Shown here: in pieces, positions 31,549-42,195 of the stretch
Layout: every line of letters begins with the position of its first letter
Numbering within the stretch: position 1 is the stretch's first letter
Source: an uncultured Planctomycetota bacterium
GTDB taxonomy: Bacteria > Planctomycetota > Planctomycetia > Pirellulales > Lacipirellulaceae
Assembly: GCA_963719315.1 (NCBI GenBank)
Contig: CAVRBU010000012.1
Location: forward strand, 32,001 to 96,000
Length of the DNA stretch: 64,000 nucleotides
Direction of reading: 5' to 3'
Program-made: the position numbers and the translations under genes
Notes under the pieces: generated by a model
The model's input: the letters and a program-made list of their open reading frames with translations, nothing else
The model's database searches: none
What the model was told of the DNA's origin: nothing

Positions 31549-34063
31549 ATGTTTCGATACTTGGTAACTTTGGCGGCGGTGGGATTCATCGCGACCGCCG
31601 CCACAGGCGGCGAGGAACCGGGGCGGGTAACTGACCACGCCGATTTTGCGCTTCAAAGTCCTGTGGTCTCGGACACTAGTTTTGCCGCGTCGTTGGTAGG
31701 CCAGAACGATGCACCGCATGAGCATGCAACTGACGCGGCCGACGATACCGCCGCAGCGGATCTGGCGAGAGTGGCTACGTGCAGCCATGGCACAGAAACA
31801 AGTTGTATTCAACCAGATCGCCCGTTTCACGCCATCGGAGATTGCGGTTGTCACGTACCTTGCCTAGATCGATGGTGTACGTGGGACGTGTTTCAATGTG
31901 ACAGTTGCTGGTGCGTCGACACTCCTTGTGAGTGTGCCCAAGGCAAGAGTCTCCTGACGGAAGACGGCTGCTGGGTTAGCAACGATGCCTGTTGCGACGT
32001 TCTGGGGGCCACCGGCGTATTGTGCCAACGGCGCCTTGCGATTGGGAAATTGGGCCATCGGCAACAGCGGGTCACAACAGAAAACTGGCGAGTGGCAGGA
32101 CCTGAGTTCGTTTCCGTTTTGGGATGTCGACACGATCACGAGCGACGGCGTTCGAACGTGGAACATCAACTTATCCGGGCTGGACAGCGAAGCCAATAAT
32201 GCTCTAGTGCAGTACTATGGCCCCGAGGCGACCGCCAAGCTGGACTTTGAGCGCTATATTCACCGGCTCGACCACAAGCCGCTGACGGGGCTGGATCTGC
32301 CGATTGGCCAAGTTCCTCCCGCTAGCCCACCACCACCCGATCAGCAAGGCAATGTCATTACCAACGACCTCAACGTTGGCCAGGACTACGCGATTCGCGT
32401 CGAGGAATTAGATGCAAAATCTCACGGCAGATTGATGGACAACGTCACGTGGCGGATGAACGTTTGGAGCCAACGCAAATTCGGTGAACGGCAGGCCAAC
32501 GCGACGGCGCACTGCTTCGACTTCAACGCGCTGTCGAACCCTCCCGGTCCTGTACCGCCCGGCGCAACTGGGAACGTTTGCCACGTGCTGAGTCAGCGCC
32601 AGACCATCGACTGGAGAACCGTCGAAGTTCAACCGGGTGTGGAAGCAAAATTCGAAAACGTGACCGTAGATTACTCACACACGATACGTAGCTTCGGAGC
32701 GGATGACGGAACTGTTACTCGGGACTACAGCCACTTCAACGGCTTCTCGCCCGACAATTCGACGTTAGGGCCCGACTACGACTATGCACTGGTGCCCGAC
32801 ACCATGACCCAAATCGATCGGTTGAAAATCGCGGCAAATTTGTCGGACTGCAATAAGTTTTACGCCAATCTCTACAATGGCGACACGAGAAATGAATTTC
32901 GCGACACGCGCCGCAACTACAACGGGTATGATCTGCGGCTGATCAATGATTCGCTCGATCAAGTAACCATTACCGGCTACGCGAGCAGATACGCGGAAAA
33001 CACCGACTACCCGCCGTTCTTCCTGACGTCGCCACCCTATGCGCCGACCCCTACTCCTCCCAATCCCTCGTACGACGAGACTTCGCTGAGCCAGCCCATC
33101 GATTACACCAGAACGCGAGCCGGCATCAAGGCCAACTGGCAGCCGTTCGGCGATCGAGGCTCGCGACGCACGAACTATGGCCTGTGGGAGGGCACGTCGC
33201 TCGCCTCGGGCTACGAGTATTATCTGCTCGAACGCGATAACGCCATTTATAACACAACGCCAGTCCCGCCGGGCCCCTTTGCGCAGCCGGATACGGCGAC
33301 CAATCAGATTGAGTTCGGGCCCTCCACGCGGTGGTCGCGCAGCTTCGATACGTTTGTCCGATACCGCGTGCAGTTTATCGAAAACCCGCTCATTGGTGTC
33401 AGTGAGTACAGCGACGAAGACCCAGATATCCAAGGCACGTTCAACAGCAGCCAGCCGCAGCAGGTGCATCTCATTGATGTCGGCTACACGTGGTCGCCAT
33501 ACAGCAATTTCATGACAACCGCACAACTTACCATTAACAATAGTTGGCAAGAGTCTCAATACGCCAATTTCAGCGAAAACAACTATCCGATGTCCTTTAC
33601 CGTTTGGTATGCGCCGACGGAGCGGTTATCGCTTACCAGCGGCTACGCCTACTTCTCGAATTGGATCGATCAGGACATTACACTCGGGGCTAATCGTGGC
33701 ATTCCGACCGATACGGAAACTACTCGATGGAATTACGCCGGTCAAAACCATCTGTTTTCGATCAATGCCAACTATGCGTGGACGCCCTGTGTTCACCTGC
33801 TGGCCGGGTTCGAGTGGGACCGAGGCACGGATACCTTTCGCGTGCCGGCCTCGCCGAATCCAGGCGTCGATTGGTCGCTACTGCCGTCCCTGTCCAACGT
33901 CATCGTGGAAACACAGCGCATTACCACGGGCATCGATTGGCAGCCTTACCACGATACTAATGTGTATCTTCGATACCAGTTTTTCGATTATGGAGACATC
34001 TCCTCGAATCTCAACAGCGGCACGACCCACATGGTGCTAGCCGGGGCGACTCGCACCTGGTAG
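31549..34063 (+). CDS. MtrB/PioB-like outer-membrane beta-barrel (frameshift near 32005)
   Basis: Signal peptide and Cys-rich N-region in ORF 31534; barrel-like aromatic-rich body ending GATRTW in ORF 31985; directly after the multiheme gene. Confidence 0.75.
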
Positions 34064-34908
34064 ATCGAATACAGACCGGCCGGTATTGTAGTCGTCCAGA
34101 ACAAGTCCAGCGACCGAGTTACACGGCGCCCATTCGAACTCTGCGATTAGAGAAACTTACCAAAATGAGTGCCGGCCGTACTTAAAACAAACGTTAGCGA
34201 ACAGTTGGGTTTAGCGGCGGCGGCTAAGCCGCTGCGGTTCCGAGTTGGATCCAACGCCACGAAAAAAGCCTCCGTCCTAGAGTTCCAATCAGCAGCGTAA
34301 ATTTACCGCTACTGCGCTAGAGTCGCCAAGTGTCTTCAGCAGTAACTTGGTTCGCGACAAGGCTTTCTTCAGGAATCGTTCCGTTTATCCATCAGTCTGC
34401 AGTGCCTGTGGAGCAATTCCGGGCTCTCGACCTCCTGGTTCTCTAGTGTGACGATATCCGTGGTCATTCTCGAATCCAACGGGAACCACTCAGCCTGCTG
34501 ATGGGTGTTCTCTCTGTAAGCGCGCCACGAACCGCTCCTTGACTGCCGTGTTAACGTCGGGGTTTCGACAATTTGTGATCCGTGGAGTTGAATCATGTCG
34601 AAGGAAAAGCGCGTGATTTGCGAAGGAAGCCCATTGGCGCAAGGTCGTGTCCGCCCAGCAGCGGAGCGGGCAGACGGTGTGGCAGCACTGCCGAGCCAAA
34701 TCGGTGTCGGAGTCGTCATTTTGCTCACAACTCACCCCGCAGCCCGCCGCATCTGGTCACGCTAAACCGCGACCGGCGCCAGATCTCTGGCGGTGCGGTG
34801 CGTGGGACGCATGCAGCTTTCGTTCCAGGCTGACAAAGATTTTGCCCGATTTGAACCTTTCGCAGCCGGCGCGCGACTACATTCATGGCTGCTGAGGAGA
34901 ACCGAAGC

Positions 34909-35112
34909 ATGCTTATGAATAAAGACACCATTTTGCAGGAGCTGCTGATTCTGCGGTGTAAACGAGGCGATGAGCGGGCGTTTACCGAATTGATCCACCT
35001 CTGGGAAAAGCGCCTCTTCTTTTACGTCCGCCGATTAGTGGCCACCGAGGAGGATGCGTGGGATGTCCTGAAACAAACGTGGCTGAAGGTATTTCAGGGA
35101 ATCAAATCGTTG
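34909..35112 (+). pseudogene. ECF sigma factor fragment (region 2 only)
   Basis: RCKRGDERAFTELI...YVRRLV..EEDAWDVL.QTWLKVF; similarity is lost after GIKSL and no region 4 is seen. Confidence 0.65.
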
Positions 35113-35372
35113 GTATCCGATGCTGCAAAACGCCTGCGTCGAAAGTTTAGGACGGGTTTTCGCCGATCCAGTTCCCCTATTCTCCAACAACCCCAGCTTC
35201 AATAACCGAAGGGGCTGTATTTCATCACACCAGTGTCGGTCGTCAATTTCTCTCTCGGAATGCCATTTGCGATCACCAGGCTTGGCAGCGTAAGTGGCCT
35301 TGGTCACACTGATAATGTGCCAATTGGTCGCGCTCAGTGTGCGAATGCGCTCAAAGGCGGGGCAGGAGTTCT

Positions 35373-36278
35373 ATGATTGCCTTCTCATGTCAGCGATGCG
35401 CAACGCGCTTTAAGGTTCCAGACAGCCTGGCAGGGAAGAAGGCACATTGTAAAAAGTGCGGGCAGAGTTTGCAGGTGCCACAAGCACGCGCTGCCGTGGC
35501 GGCGGTAGCCGCCACGGGACTTTTCCGGATGGGCACCGTGCAGCCCGACCAAGCGCCGGCGCCGCGCACTCGGCAGACGGAATCTCAACCAGTCGGCCAG
35601 CCGGCCGCACCAAGCCTGCGCCTGGCACCGATTCCGTCGCAGGATGATCTCAAGCCGATCGATCCAAAGCGTGAGCGACTGTGGGAGGAAGACGATGGGG
35701 TTGAGTACGAGTTGGCGAAACCAGTCGAGGTAGCCGCGGCGAACGCAGCTAGCCTGCGGACCCAGCCACGCAGCAGCGTCGTTTGGGGTCGAGGCGGGAT
35801 CGCCGAAGTGCTACTCATCGCGATACGCAAGATTAGCGATTACACGTATCTGGTTTCCATTCCGTTCCTGCTGTTGATGCTGACAGCGATCATTCTGAAA
35901 CAGCGGGAGTTGGCAATTACTGCTGGTGTGATCGTCGTCTTGTTGAACTTGGTTCGCCTGTGCATGGATGGATTCGTACTGGTCACCTTGGCATTTAAGC
36001 ATGGTCCCGTACAAGGAGTGTTGTTTTTCATTCCACCGTTTACGTTTTATTACCTTAGCAAGCGGGGCAAGGTCATGAAGGAAGCGCTGTCGCGTTTTCT
36101 TGGTGGGGCACTGCCAATTTTCGGCGTCTTGCTGTTGGTCATCCTAGTTCCCTGGCTTCGAGGCGATGAATCAAAGGACGTCGATGCGTCGATCCAAGAT
36201 CGATTACGAAACGATCTTCATGACGTGAGGGAAAACATCAAGACCAGAATTGATGCCCCAACCAATTCAAAGAATTAG
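35373..36278 (+). CDS. Zinc-ribbon membrane protein
   Basis: CQRC...CKKC N-terminal ribbon, low-complexity linker, several C-terminal TMs; RBS GCAGGAG. Confidence 0.75.
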   Translation: MIAFSCQRCATRFKVPDSLAGKKAHCKKCGQSLQVPQARAAVAAVAATGLFRMGTVQPDQAPAPRTRQTESQPVGQPAAPSLRLAPIPSQDDLKPIDPKRERLWEEDDGVEYELAKPVEVAAANAASLRTQPRSSVVWGRGGIAEVLLIAIRKISDYTYLVSIPFLLLMLTAIILKQRELAITAGVIVVLLNLVRLCMDGFVLVTLAFKHGPVQGVLFFIPPFTFYYLSKRGKVMKEALSRFLGGALPIFGVLLLVILVPWLRGDESKDVDASIQDRLRNDLHDVRENIKTRIDAPTNSKN

Positions 36279-36297
36279 CGACCATTGAGATTCCACG

Positions 36298-37956
36298 ATG
36301 TCCCTACCACAAAAATCTGAGGACGCAGATGCAACTGCTGAAATGCTTGAGTTGGCACCAGACAAAGGCCCACCTAGCGGTGCGGAAGCGGCCCGGCCAC
36401 AGGTCGAGCTGATCGCCGGTAGCCGTCCAAGCCTGACCTCGGCAACTACACCGCTGCTGCACGCTCGGTTACGCACCGTGACGATATTATTGCTGCTGGT
36501 ATTCGGAATGATCCTTGTTTGGGCGCTACTCAATGGAAGTTCCGATGCTTCCGGAACGGTGCACATTCTCCGCAAAGTATCGATCGTACGCCTGGTGATC
36601 CTCGCAGTCGTCATGGCCATTCTCTCCGCACGCCCGATGTACAGTCAGTCGTTCCTGCGGGCGATGGAATACTCTCTTTTCGGCGCACTTACCTTGTTGT
36701 GGATCTTCTCCCGCTACGAATCCGTTCTACTCGGTGCTCACGCGAGCAACGTCACCGAATTGCTGCTGGATGGACGGACATCGATAATAGGATTGTTCCT
36801 GCTCATGGTTATTCACGGGATCTTCATTCCTCATCGTTGGCACGAGACGGCACGTGTAGTGATGACGATGGCGTGCGCCCCAGCTTTAGTGCTGGTCTTC
36901 TTCGAAGCACGTCATCCCGACCTTGTGTCGCAAGTTTCCGAATTGATGTCATGGCGCTACATTAGTACCAACACTTTAATTGTGTTGGTCGGCGCAGTGC
37001 TGGCGACATACGCCTCGTACGTGCTGAACAGCCTCCGCAAAGAAGTTCATGAAGCAAAGCGTTACGGACAATACCAGCTCGTAAGCAAACTGGGTAGTGG
37101 AGGAATGGGTGACGTGTTCCTGGCCGAACACATCTTGATGAAGCGACCATGTGCCCTAAAGCTGATTCGCTCCGCGGCGGCCGCGGAACCGAGAGCCCTA
37201 GCTAGATTCGAGCGGGAGGTAAAGGCCACCGCAAGTCTAACCCATCCCCACACTATTGAGATTTACGACTACGGCCACACCGACGACGGCACGTTTTATT
37301 ATGTAATGGAGTACTTGCCAGGGCTCGGTCTCGATCAACTGCTGGCCGAATACGGCCCCTTGCCTCCGGGACGGGTGATCTTCCTCTTGCGACAGGTATG
37401 CAGCGCGCTGGCGGAAGCTCATGCGGCCGGCCTCATTCACCGCGACTTGAAACCAGGCAATCTCTATATTTCCGAACGCGGAGGGCTATGCGACTTTGTC
37501 AAAGTTCTCGACTTCGGCCTAGTCAAGCGGATTCAAGAACCGAGCGCGGCGCGGCTCACGGCCGACCACGTCGTCAGTGGCACACCGCACTACATGGCTC
37601 CCGAACAGGCACTTGGCGCCCAAGAACTCGACGCGCGATCTGATTTGTACGCGCTAGGTGCGATTGCCTATCACATGCTCTGCGGGCAGCCACCGTTTCC
37701 GGGGAAGAATCCCATGGCAGTGATGATCGCACAAGCCCATGAGGCAGTGCCCCCGATAACCTCTCACCGCACAGATATCCCCGACGACCTCCAGCAGGTG
37801 GTGTTACGCTGCTTGGCAAAGTCGCCGCCCGATCGCTATGCCGACGCCAAAGAACTGGAGCAGGCACTCGCCAACTGCGCTGCCGCAACCGCGTGGGATA
37901 CTCAAAAAGCTGCCGTCTGGTGGCACCGTGAGTGCTGCGCAACGAACGAACAATGA
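36298..37956 (+). CDS. Membrane-bound Hanks-type Ser/Thr protein kinase
   Basis: N-terminal TMs; GSGGMG, ALK, HRDLKPGN, DFG, GTPHYMAPE. Confidence 0.93.
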   Translation: MSLPQKSEDADATAEMLELAPDKGPPSGAEAARPQVELIAGSRPSLTSATTPLLHARLRTVTILLLLVFGMILVWALLNGSSDASGTVHILRKVSIVRLVILAVVMAILSARPMYSQSFLRAMEYSLFGALTLLWIFSRYESVLLGAHASNVTELLLDGRTSIIGLFLLMVIHGIFIPHRWHETARVVMTMACAPALVLVFFEARHPDLVSQVSELMSWRYISTNTLIVLVGAVLATYASYVLNSLRKEVHEAKRYGQYQLVSKLGSGGMGDVFLAEHILMKRPCALKLIRSAAAAEPRALARFEREVKATASLTHPHTIEIYDYGHTDDGTFYYVMEYLPGLGLDQLLAEYGPLPPGRVIFLLRQVCSALAEAHAAGLIHRDLKPGNLYISERGGLCDFVKVLDFGLVKRIQEPSAARLTADHVVSGTPHYMAPEQALGAQELDARSDLYALGAIAYHMLCGQPPFPGKNPMAVMIAQAHEAVPPITSHRTDIPDDLQQVVLRCLAKSPPDRYADAKELEQALANCAAATAWDTQKAAVWWHRECCATNEQ

Positions 37957-38084
37957 CGAAACGGGAGTCGGTCAGGCGGGTTCGACCTGATGGGAGGTTC
38001 ATATCAAAACGTCGATTTAACAATTGCGGTTCGTCGATCGAGCCGATTGCTCGTGAGAGGCCGAAGCCCTGGAGGAGCGCTTGC

Positions 38085-38504
38085 ATGCAAATCATTATTC
38101 ACGTCGTCGTTACTGCCATTGCACTATTATTGATAGCAAAGTTGTTGAGAGGATTTGAGGTCGATAACTTTTTCACGGCCCTGGTAACGGCTGTCATCCT
38201 TGGGCTGATCTATGCGTTCATCGAGCCGTTGACCGAGCAAATCGGCCACATAATTGGCCGGCTTCTGGTCACAACGGCGCTCGCCTATCCTGTGAAACTC
38301 ACTGTGCTCTTCGTGTCTACGCTCGCAATCAATGCACTGGTGCTAAAACTTGCCGCGGCGATTAGGCCCGGTTTCCGTATTAGCGACTTCAAGACTGCCA
38401 TGCTGGCTTCCCTGCTTCTCGTGCTGTCCAACGGGCTGATCGGCGAAGCGGTCTCCTTTGCAACTGTGTATCTGAGTAATCTGAGCCACGTGCCGCCAAA
38501 CTGA
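38085..38504 (+). CDS. YvlD/DUF360 (4-TMS holin-like) membrane protein
   Basis: GFEVDNFFTALVTAVILGL, INALVL, PGFRISDF.TA; RBS GGAGGAG. Confidence 0.75.
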   Translation: MQIIIHVVVTAIALLLIAKLLRGFEVDNFFTALVTAVILGLIYAFIEPLTEQIGHIIGRLLVTTALAYPVKLTVLFVSTLAINALVLKLAAAIRPGFRISDFKTAMLASLLLVLSNGLIGEAVSFATVYLSNLSHVPPN

Positions 38505-38645
38505 GCTTCGTTTGGCAGCAGCGGCTAGAGTTCGGATTGTCGAATGAATTACGCCACGCATTCGCTTGTCACTTTAACTTCGGCCGAAAATGTTCGGTGG
38601 GCTTTCTCTAAACGCATGGGCCGTAAACTAATCAGTGCGTGAGAC

Positions 38646-39885
38646 TAGTGGTCTGTCGTTGTTCAGTAGTTAGGGGATAGCATAACGTCTTCAGGTTTTT
38701 CACAGGAGGCGAGAAAATGAACTACAACACGAAGTATGTGGTGCGGTTGACTGGGGAAGAGCGAGAGGAATTGGCGGCGGTGGTGGGACGAGGCAAGGTG
38801 GCGGCGGGCAAGCGTCGCCGAGCCCAGGTGCTGCTCAAGGCGGACGCCGGCGTCACGGGGTCGGGTCGGACCGACCAGGAGATTTGCGAAGCGTTGGACG
38901 TCAGCGTGGGATTGGTGCATGACGTGCGACAGGCGTACGTCGAGCAGGGCCTGAACGTTGCCTTGGAATGGAAGCCTAAGAGCCGGCATCGCCCTCGAAA
39001 GTTGGACGGCCAACAGGAGGCCCGCTTGATCGCCGTGGCCTGCGGACCGGCTCCGGAAGGACGCGCCCGCTGGACCTTGCGACTGCTGGCCGACAAGTTG
39101 GTCGAACTGGAGATCGTCGAGTCGATCAGCAAGGACGCCGTGCGCAGCGCACTGAAAAAAACGAGCTTAAGCCCTGGTTGAAAGAGCAGTGGGTTCTGCC
39201 TAAGCCGCATGACGCGGACTATGTTGCCGCGATGGAAGACGTTCTGGAGGTCTATCAGCGTCCCTACGACGAGCAACGGCCAGTCGTGTGCGTCGACGAA
39301 GCCACCAAGCAATTGGTGGCCGACGTCACGCCGCCGCTGCCGATGGAGCCGGGGCAGCCGGCGCGACAGGATTACGAATACGAACGGCGGGGAACAGCGA
39401 ATCTGTTCATGGTCTGCGAACCTTTGGCGGGCCGCCGCCGGGTGAAGGTCACCGAACGTCGCGCGAAGGCGGATTTCGCCGACCTGCTGCGCAACATCGC
39501 CGACGAGCAGTACCCGACGGCGGAGAAGATCGTGCTGGTCATGGACAACCTGAATACGCACAAGCTGTCCGTGCTGTACGCGATCTTCCCGCCTGACGAG
39601 GCGCGACGGTTGTGGGAGCGGTTTGAAGTGCATCACACCCCCAAGCACGCCAGTTGGCTGAACATGGCGGAATGTGAATTGTCCGTGCTGGGAAGGCAGT
39701 GCCTGGACCAACGGATCGATTCCCGAGCCCGCCTGGAGAGCGAAGTTCACGCATGGGAACAACCCCCCCCGCAACCAACAACCAGTCCGCGTCGACTGGC
39801 AATTCACCGCCGCCGATGCCAGGATCAAGATTAAACGACTTTATCCCGTACTAGCACCCGTCAACTAAATCGAGACAGACCACTA
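38646..39885. mobile_element. IS630-family insertion sequence
   Basis: Ends TAGTGGTCTGTC / GACAGACCACTA (including the TA duplication) within CTAG context. Confidence 0.88.
38717..39868 (+). CDS. IS630 transposase (-1 slippage at A7 39155-39161; extra shift at C-run near 39765)
   Basis: HTH part (RARWTLRLLA), then CVDE, MDNLNTH, TPKHASWLNMAE; C-end DWQFTAADARIKIKRLYP in another frame. Confidence 0.85.
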
Positions 39886-39945
39886 GGCGAAAAACGACCG
39901 TTGCGAGACCGGACGCGTTGTATTCAAATTCACAGAGGTGCGTCG

Positions 39946-40130
39946 ATGACAAGAAGCCGAAAGGAGCTTCGCCACGCCAGAACGACCCCCCCTGGCCCCG
40001 ATCTTCGGCAGCGGCTTCCTCGTGATCGTGCCAATTCTGGGTGCCACCGTCGGGCCTTACTCCGTGGTCGTCGCGAACTTAAGACCGTGTGGTTGGTGGT
40101 ACGCTTACTTCTCTCTGTTTCGGCGACCTG
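39946..40130 (+). pseudogene. Possible N-terminal fragment of an APC-like membrane transporter
   Basis: TPLAPIFGSGFLVIVPILGATVGPYSVV reading, frameshifted and truncated. Confidence 0.3.
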
Positions 40131-40174
40131 GGGCGGTAGGCGAACGACTATCGCCGAGGATCTACCAGAATTAC

Positions 40175-40396
40175 TTACAGCGCACCCCGTTGGCGCAAAT
40201 CGCGAAGTACCTGGACCGCAAAAAACATCATGCCAACTAGCAGTAGTGGAACTCCCAACAGTATCCCTATGCCAAACGTCCACGGGGAGAATCCGCGTGA
40301 CAAGTAGACTAGAATGCATCCTAGGCCGGCAATTGCAAACAAGACTGCTAGCCGCATTAGCAGCCGCGATTCGGGATGTTTTTGGGTATCAGACAT
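40175..40396 (-). CDS. Small two-TM hypothetical protein
   Basis: 73 aa ORF with two hydrophobic helices; RBS-like GGAGAG. Confidence 0.65.
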   Translation of the reverse strand: MSDTQKHPESRLLMRLAVLFAIAGLGCILVYLSRGFSPWTFGIGILLGVPLLLVGMMFFAVQVLRDLRQRGAL

Positions 40397-40424
40397 GAAT
40401 TGCTACTCTCCACTCAGCGACTTA

Positions 40425-41342
40425 GGACCTATCCCAAAATTCCACATCGCCTTAAGGCGATGAGGGCGAATTGTAGATGAACGAACCCAAGATAGTTAGC
40501 CGCCTTCTTTTCCCAACGGATCAGGAGCCTGCGGGCGCGGTTGGTCCAAGAATGCGCGGCTTCGACAACCCAGCGTCGAGCTTTGTGGCCGGCGCGACAG
40601 CGACGCTGCTCCTCGCCACGGCAGCGGATGTGAGGCACGTACCCGAAACGATTCGCCGTAGCTGTCGACGGTTCGCCAAAGTATCCCTTGTCGAGACACA
40701 GGTGCTGCTTGCGCCGACGGCTGGGTCGTCGAATCGGGATGGAGCGAAGCGTGTCGCGCAGAAGACGTTGGTCGTGAGCATTGGCGCCGTCAATCGCGAC
40801 GCCCAGAGGAACGCCGCGGGCGTCGGTCAAGACCGATCGCTTGACTCCGAGCTTACCTCGATCGGTGGGGTTTTTCCCGGTTTTTTTCCCCTCCCAGCGG
40901 CGACTTAGTTGTCGCGCCGTCCACCGACTGCCAGCGCCAAGCGATGCCGCGCTTCTGATCGTACTTCCCCAGCGCCCGTTTCCAAAACCGTTGCCAAATA
41001 CCCAGGCGAGTCCACTCTTGGAAATAGCGATGAACGGTACTGGGGCTGCCAAATTGTGGCGGCAGCGCCTTCCACTGGCAGCCGGTGCGCAACAGATAAA
41101 GAATGCCGCTGGCAACGGCGCAGATTCGCGCGGGGTCGCCCAACCTTCGTGGATCGCGGATACTTCGGCAGCAAGGGTTCAAGCTGCCGCCAAAGCTTTT
41201 CGGGCATCCAAGCAAATTTGCCCTGCCAATCGCAGTGCATGTACACCTCCGTGCAAGCAAAGACGAGATTCGAACGGAAACCATTCCTCACCTTTTCCTA
41301 CGCACGGAAATAACACCCGTTCACGTATTTTGGGATAGGTCC
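40425..41342. mobile_element. IS5-family insertion sequence
   Basis: 16 bp inverted repeats GGACCTATCCCAAAAT / ATTTTGGGATAGGTCC with a TTA direct repeat on both sides. Confidence 0.88.
40429..41240 (-). CDS. IS5 transposase split over three frames
   Basis: WRQLEPLLP..GRPR; GILYLLRTGCQWKALP..SVDG; KTGKNPTDRGKLG..LDKGY..RWVVE..RWEKK. Shifts near 41118 and at the A7 run 40881-40887. Confidence 0.8.
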
Positions 41343-41373
41343 TTAATCCTCCGTCGCCGGCCTAAGCCGGTGT

Positions 41374-41622
41374 TTACTTTCGCAATCCGTGCTTTGGCGG
41401 CTTATTCATCACGGTCGCAATCTCATCGGCACTCATGCCACGTTCCAATAGTTCTCGCTTAAATGAATCTTCGAGCCGATTTTTATGCATGCTGTAGATC
41501 ATAATGATTGTGAAGGTCGCAATGGCGACGACTGCGGCCACACACATCGCGATTAATCCATACCGCTCATTGGATTGCAGAGACGCAAGCCACATCCAGA
41601 AATTCGTTGGATCGGAGTGCAT
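41374..41622 (-). CDS. Small single-TM protein (xKRELxERGxSxxEI type)
   Basis: TM followed by FKRELLERGMSADEI; paralogous to its neighbour. Confidence 0.7.
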   Translation of the reverse strand: MHSDPTNFWMWLASLQSNERYGLIAMCVAAVVAIATFTIIMIYSMHKNRLEDSFKRELLERGMSADEIATVMNKPPKHGLRK

Positions 41623-41640
41623 AATACTCGCCCTTTCTGG

Positions 41641-41904
41641 TCACGTTTCCCGCGGTGGCCCTGCGCTTATCACCCGTTCGATTTCTTCAACGCTCAGCCC
41701 GCGTTCGACCAATTCACGCTTAAGTAGCACGTCGGCGCGGTGAGACGCGTACATCCGCAACTGCACGACAAGGGTACTGGTTACGCCCAACGCACCGCCA
41801 ACCAGAACAACCAACACAACCATCTTGAACGGCGATTCGATCTGCAGCAGCGAATGAAAAAAGTCAGTCACGCCGATTCCCCTTAGCCAGCTACCTGAAC
41901 CCAT
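41641..41904 (-). CDS. Small single-TM protein (xKRELxERGxSxxEI type); start uncertain
   Basis: TM followed by LKRELVERGLSVEEIERVI. Confidence 0.7.
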   Translation of the reverse strand: MGSGSWLRGIGVTDFFHSLLQIESPFKMVVLVVLVGGALGVTSTLVVQLRMYASHRADVLLKRELVERGLSVEEIERVISAGPPRET

Positions 41905-42195
41905 CGTACCGCAAGGCAGTCCTCTCCTCTATTCGCCCGTGGAGAGCCAATATTGAGCCGAGAACCATTCAATTCGCCATTTCGCCGCGTCGCCCAGCAG
42001 AGCGCACCCGCCGGTGTCCTCGAAGGCCAGCCTTCAGAGTGCCATCTGGCCCCAATGTTGGTGCCAATTTGTTGCCTATTTTTTAAGCGATCACTGCCCG
42101 CTGCTCGTTGACAGCTCGTCGTAACGTGTTTACTCTAAACGTGTTGCTTTGTTTTTCACCGCTGGCGACTTTGACGGATCTGTTGCTAATTTTGG

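Noticed and set aside
34064..34885. Short ORFs and a small hairpin after the porin gene as an MtrC-like partner
   Set aside because: No CxxCH, signal peptide or recognisable family in the listed ORFs
38085..38504. Holin-like gene as evidence of a prophage
   Set aside because: The YvlD/DUF360 family is common in non-phage contexts, and no phage structural, lysin or integrase genes are nearby
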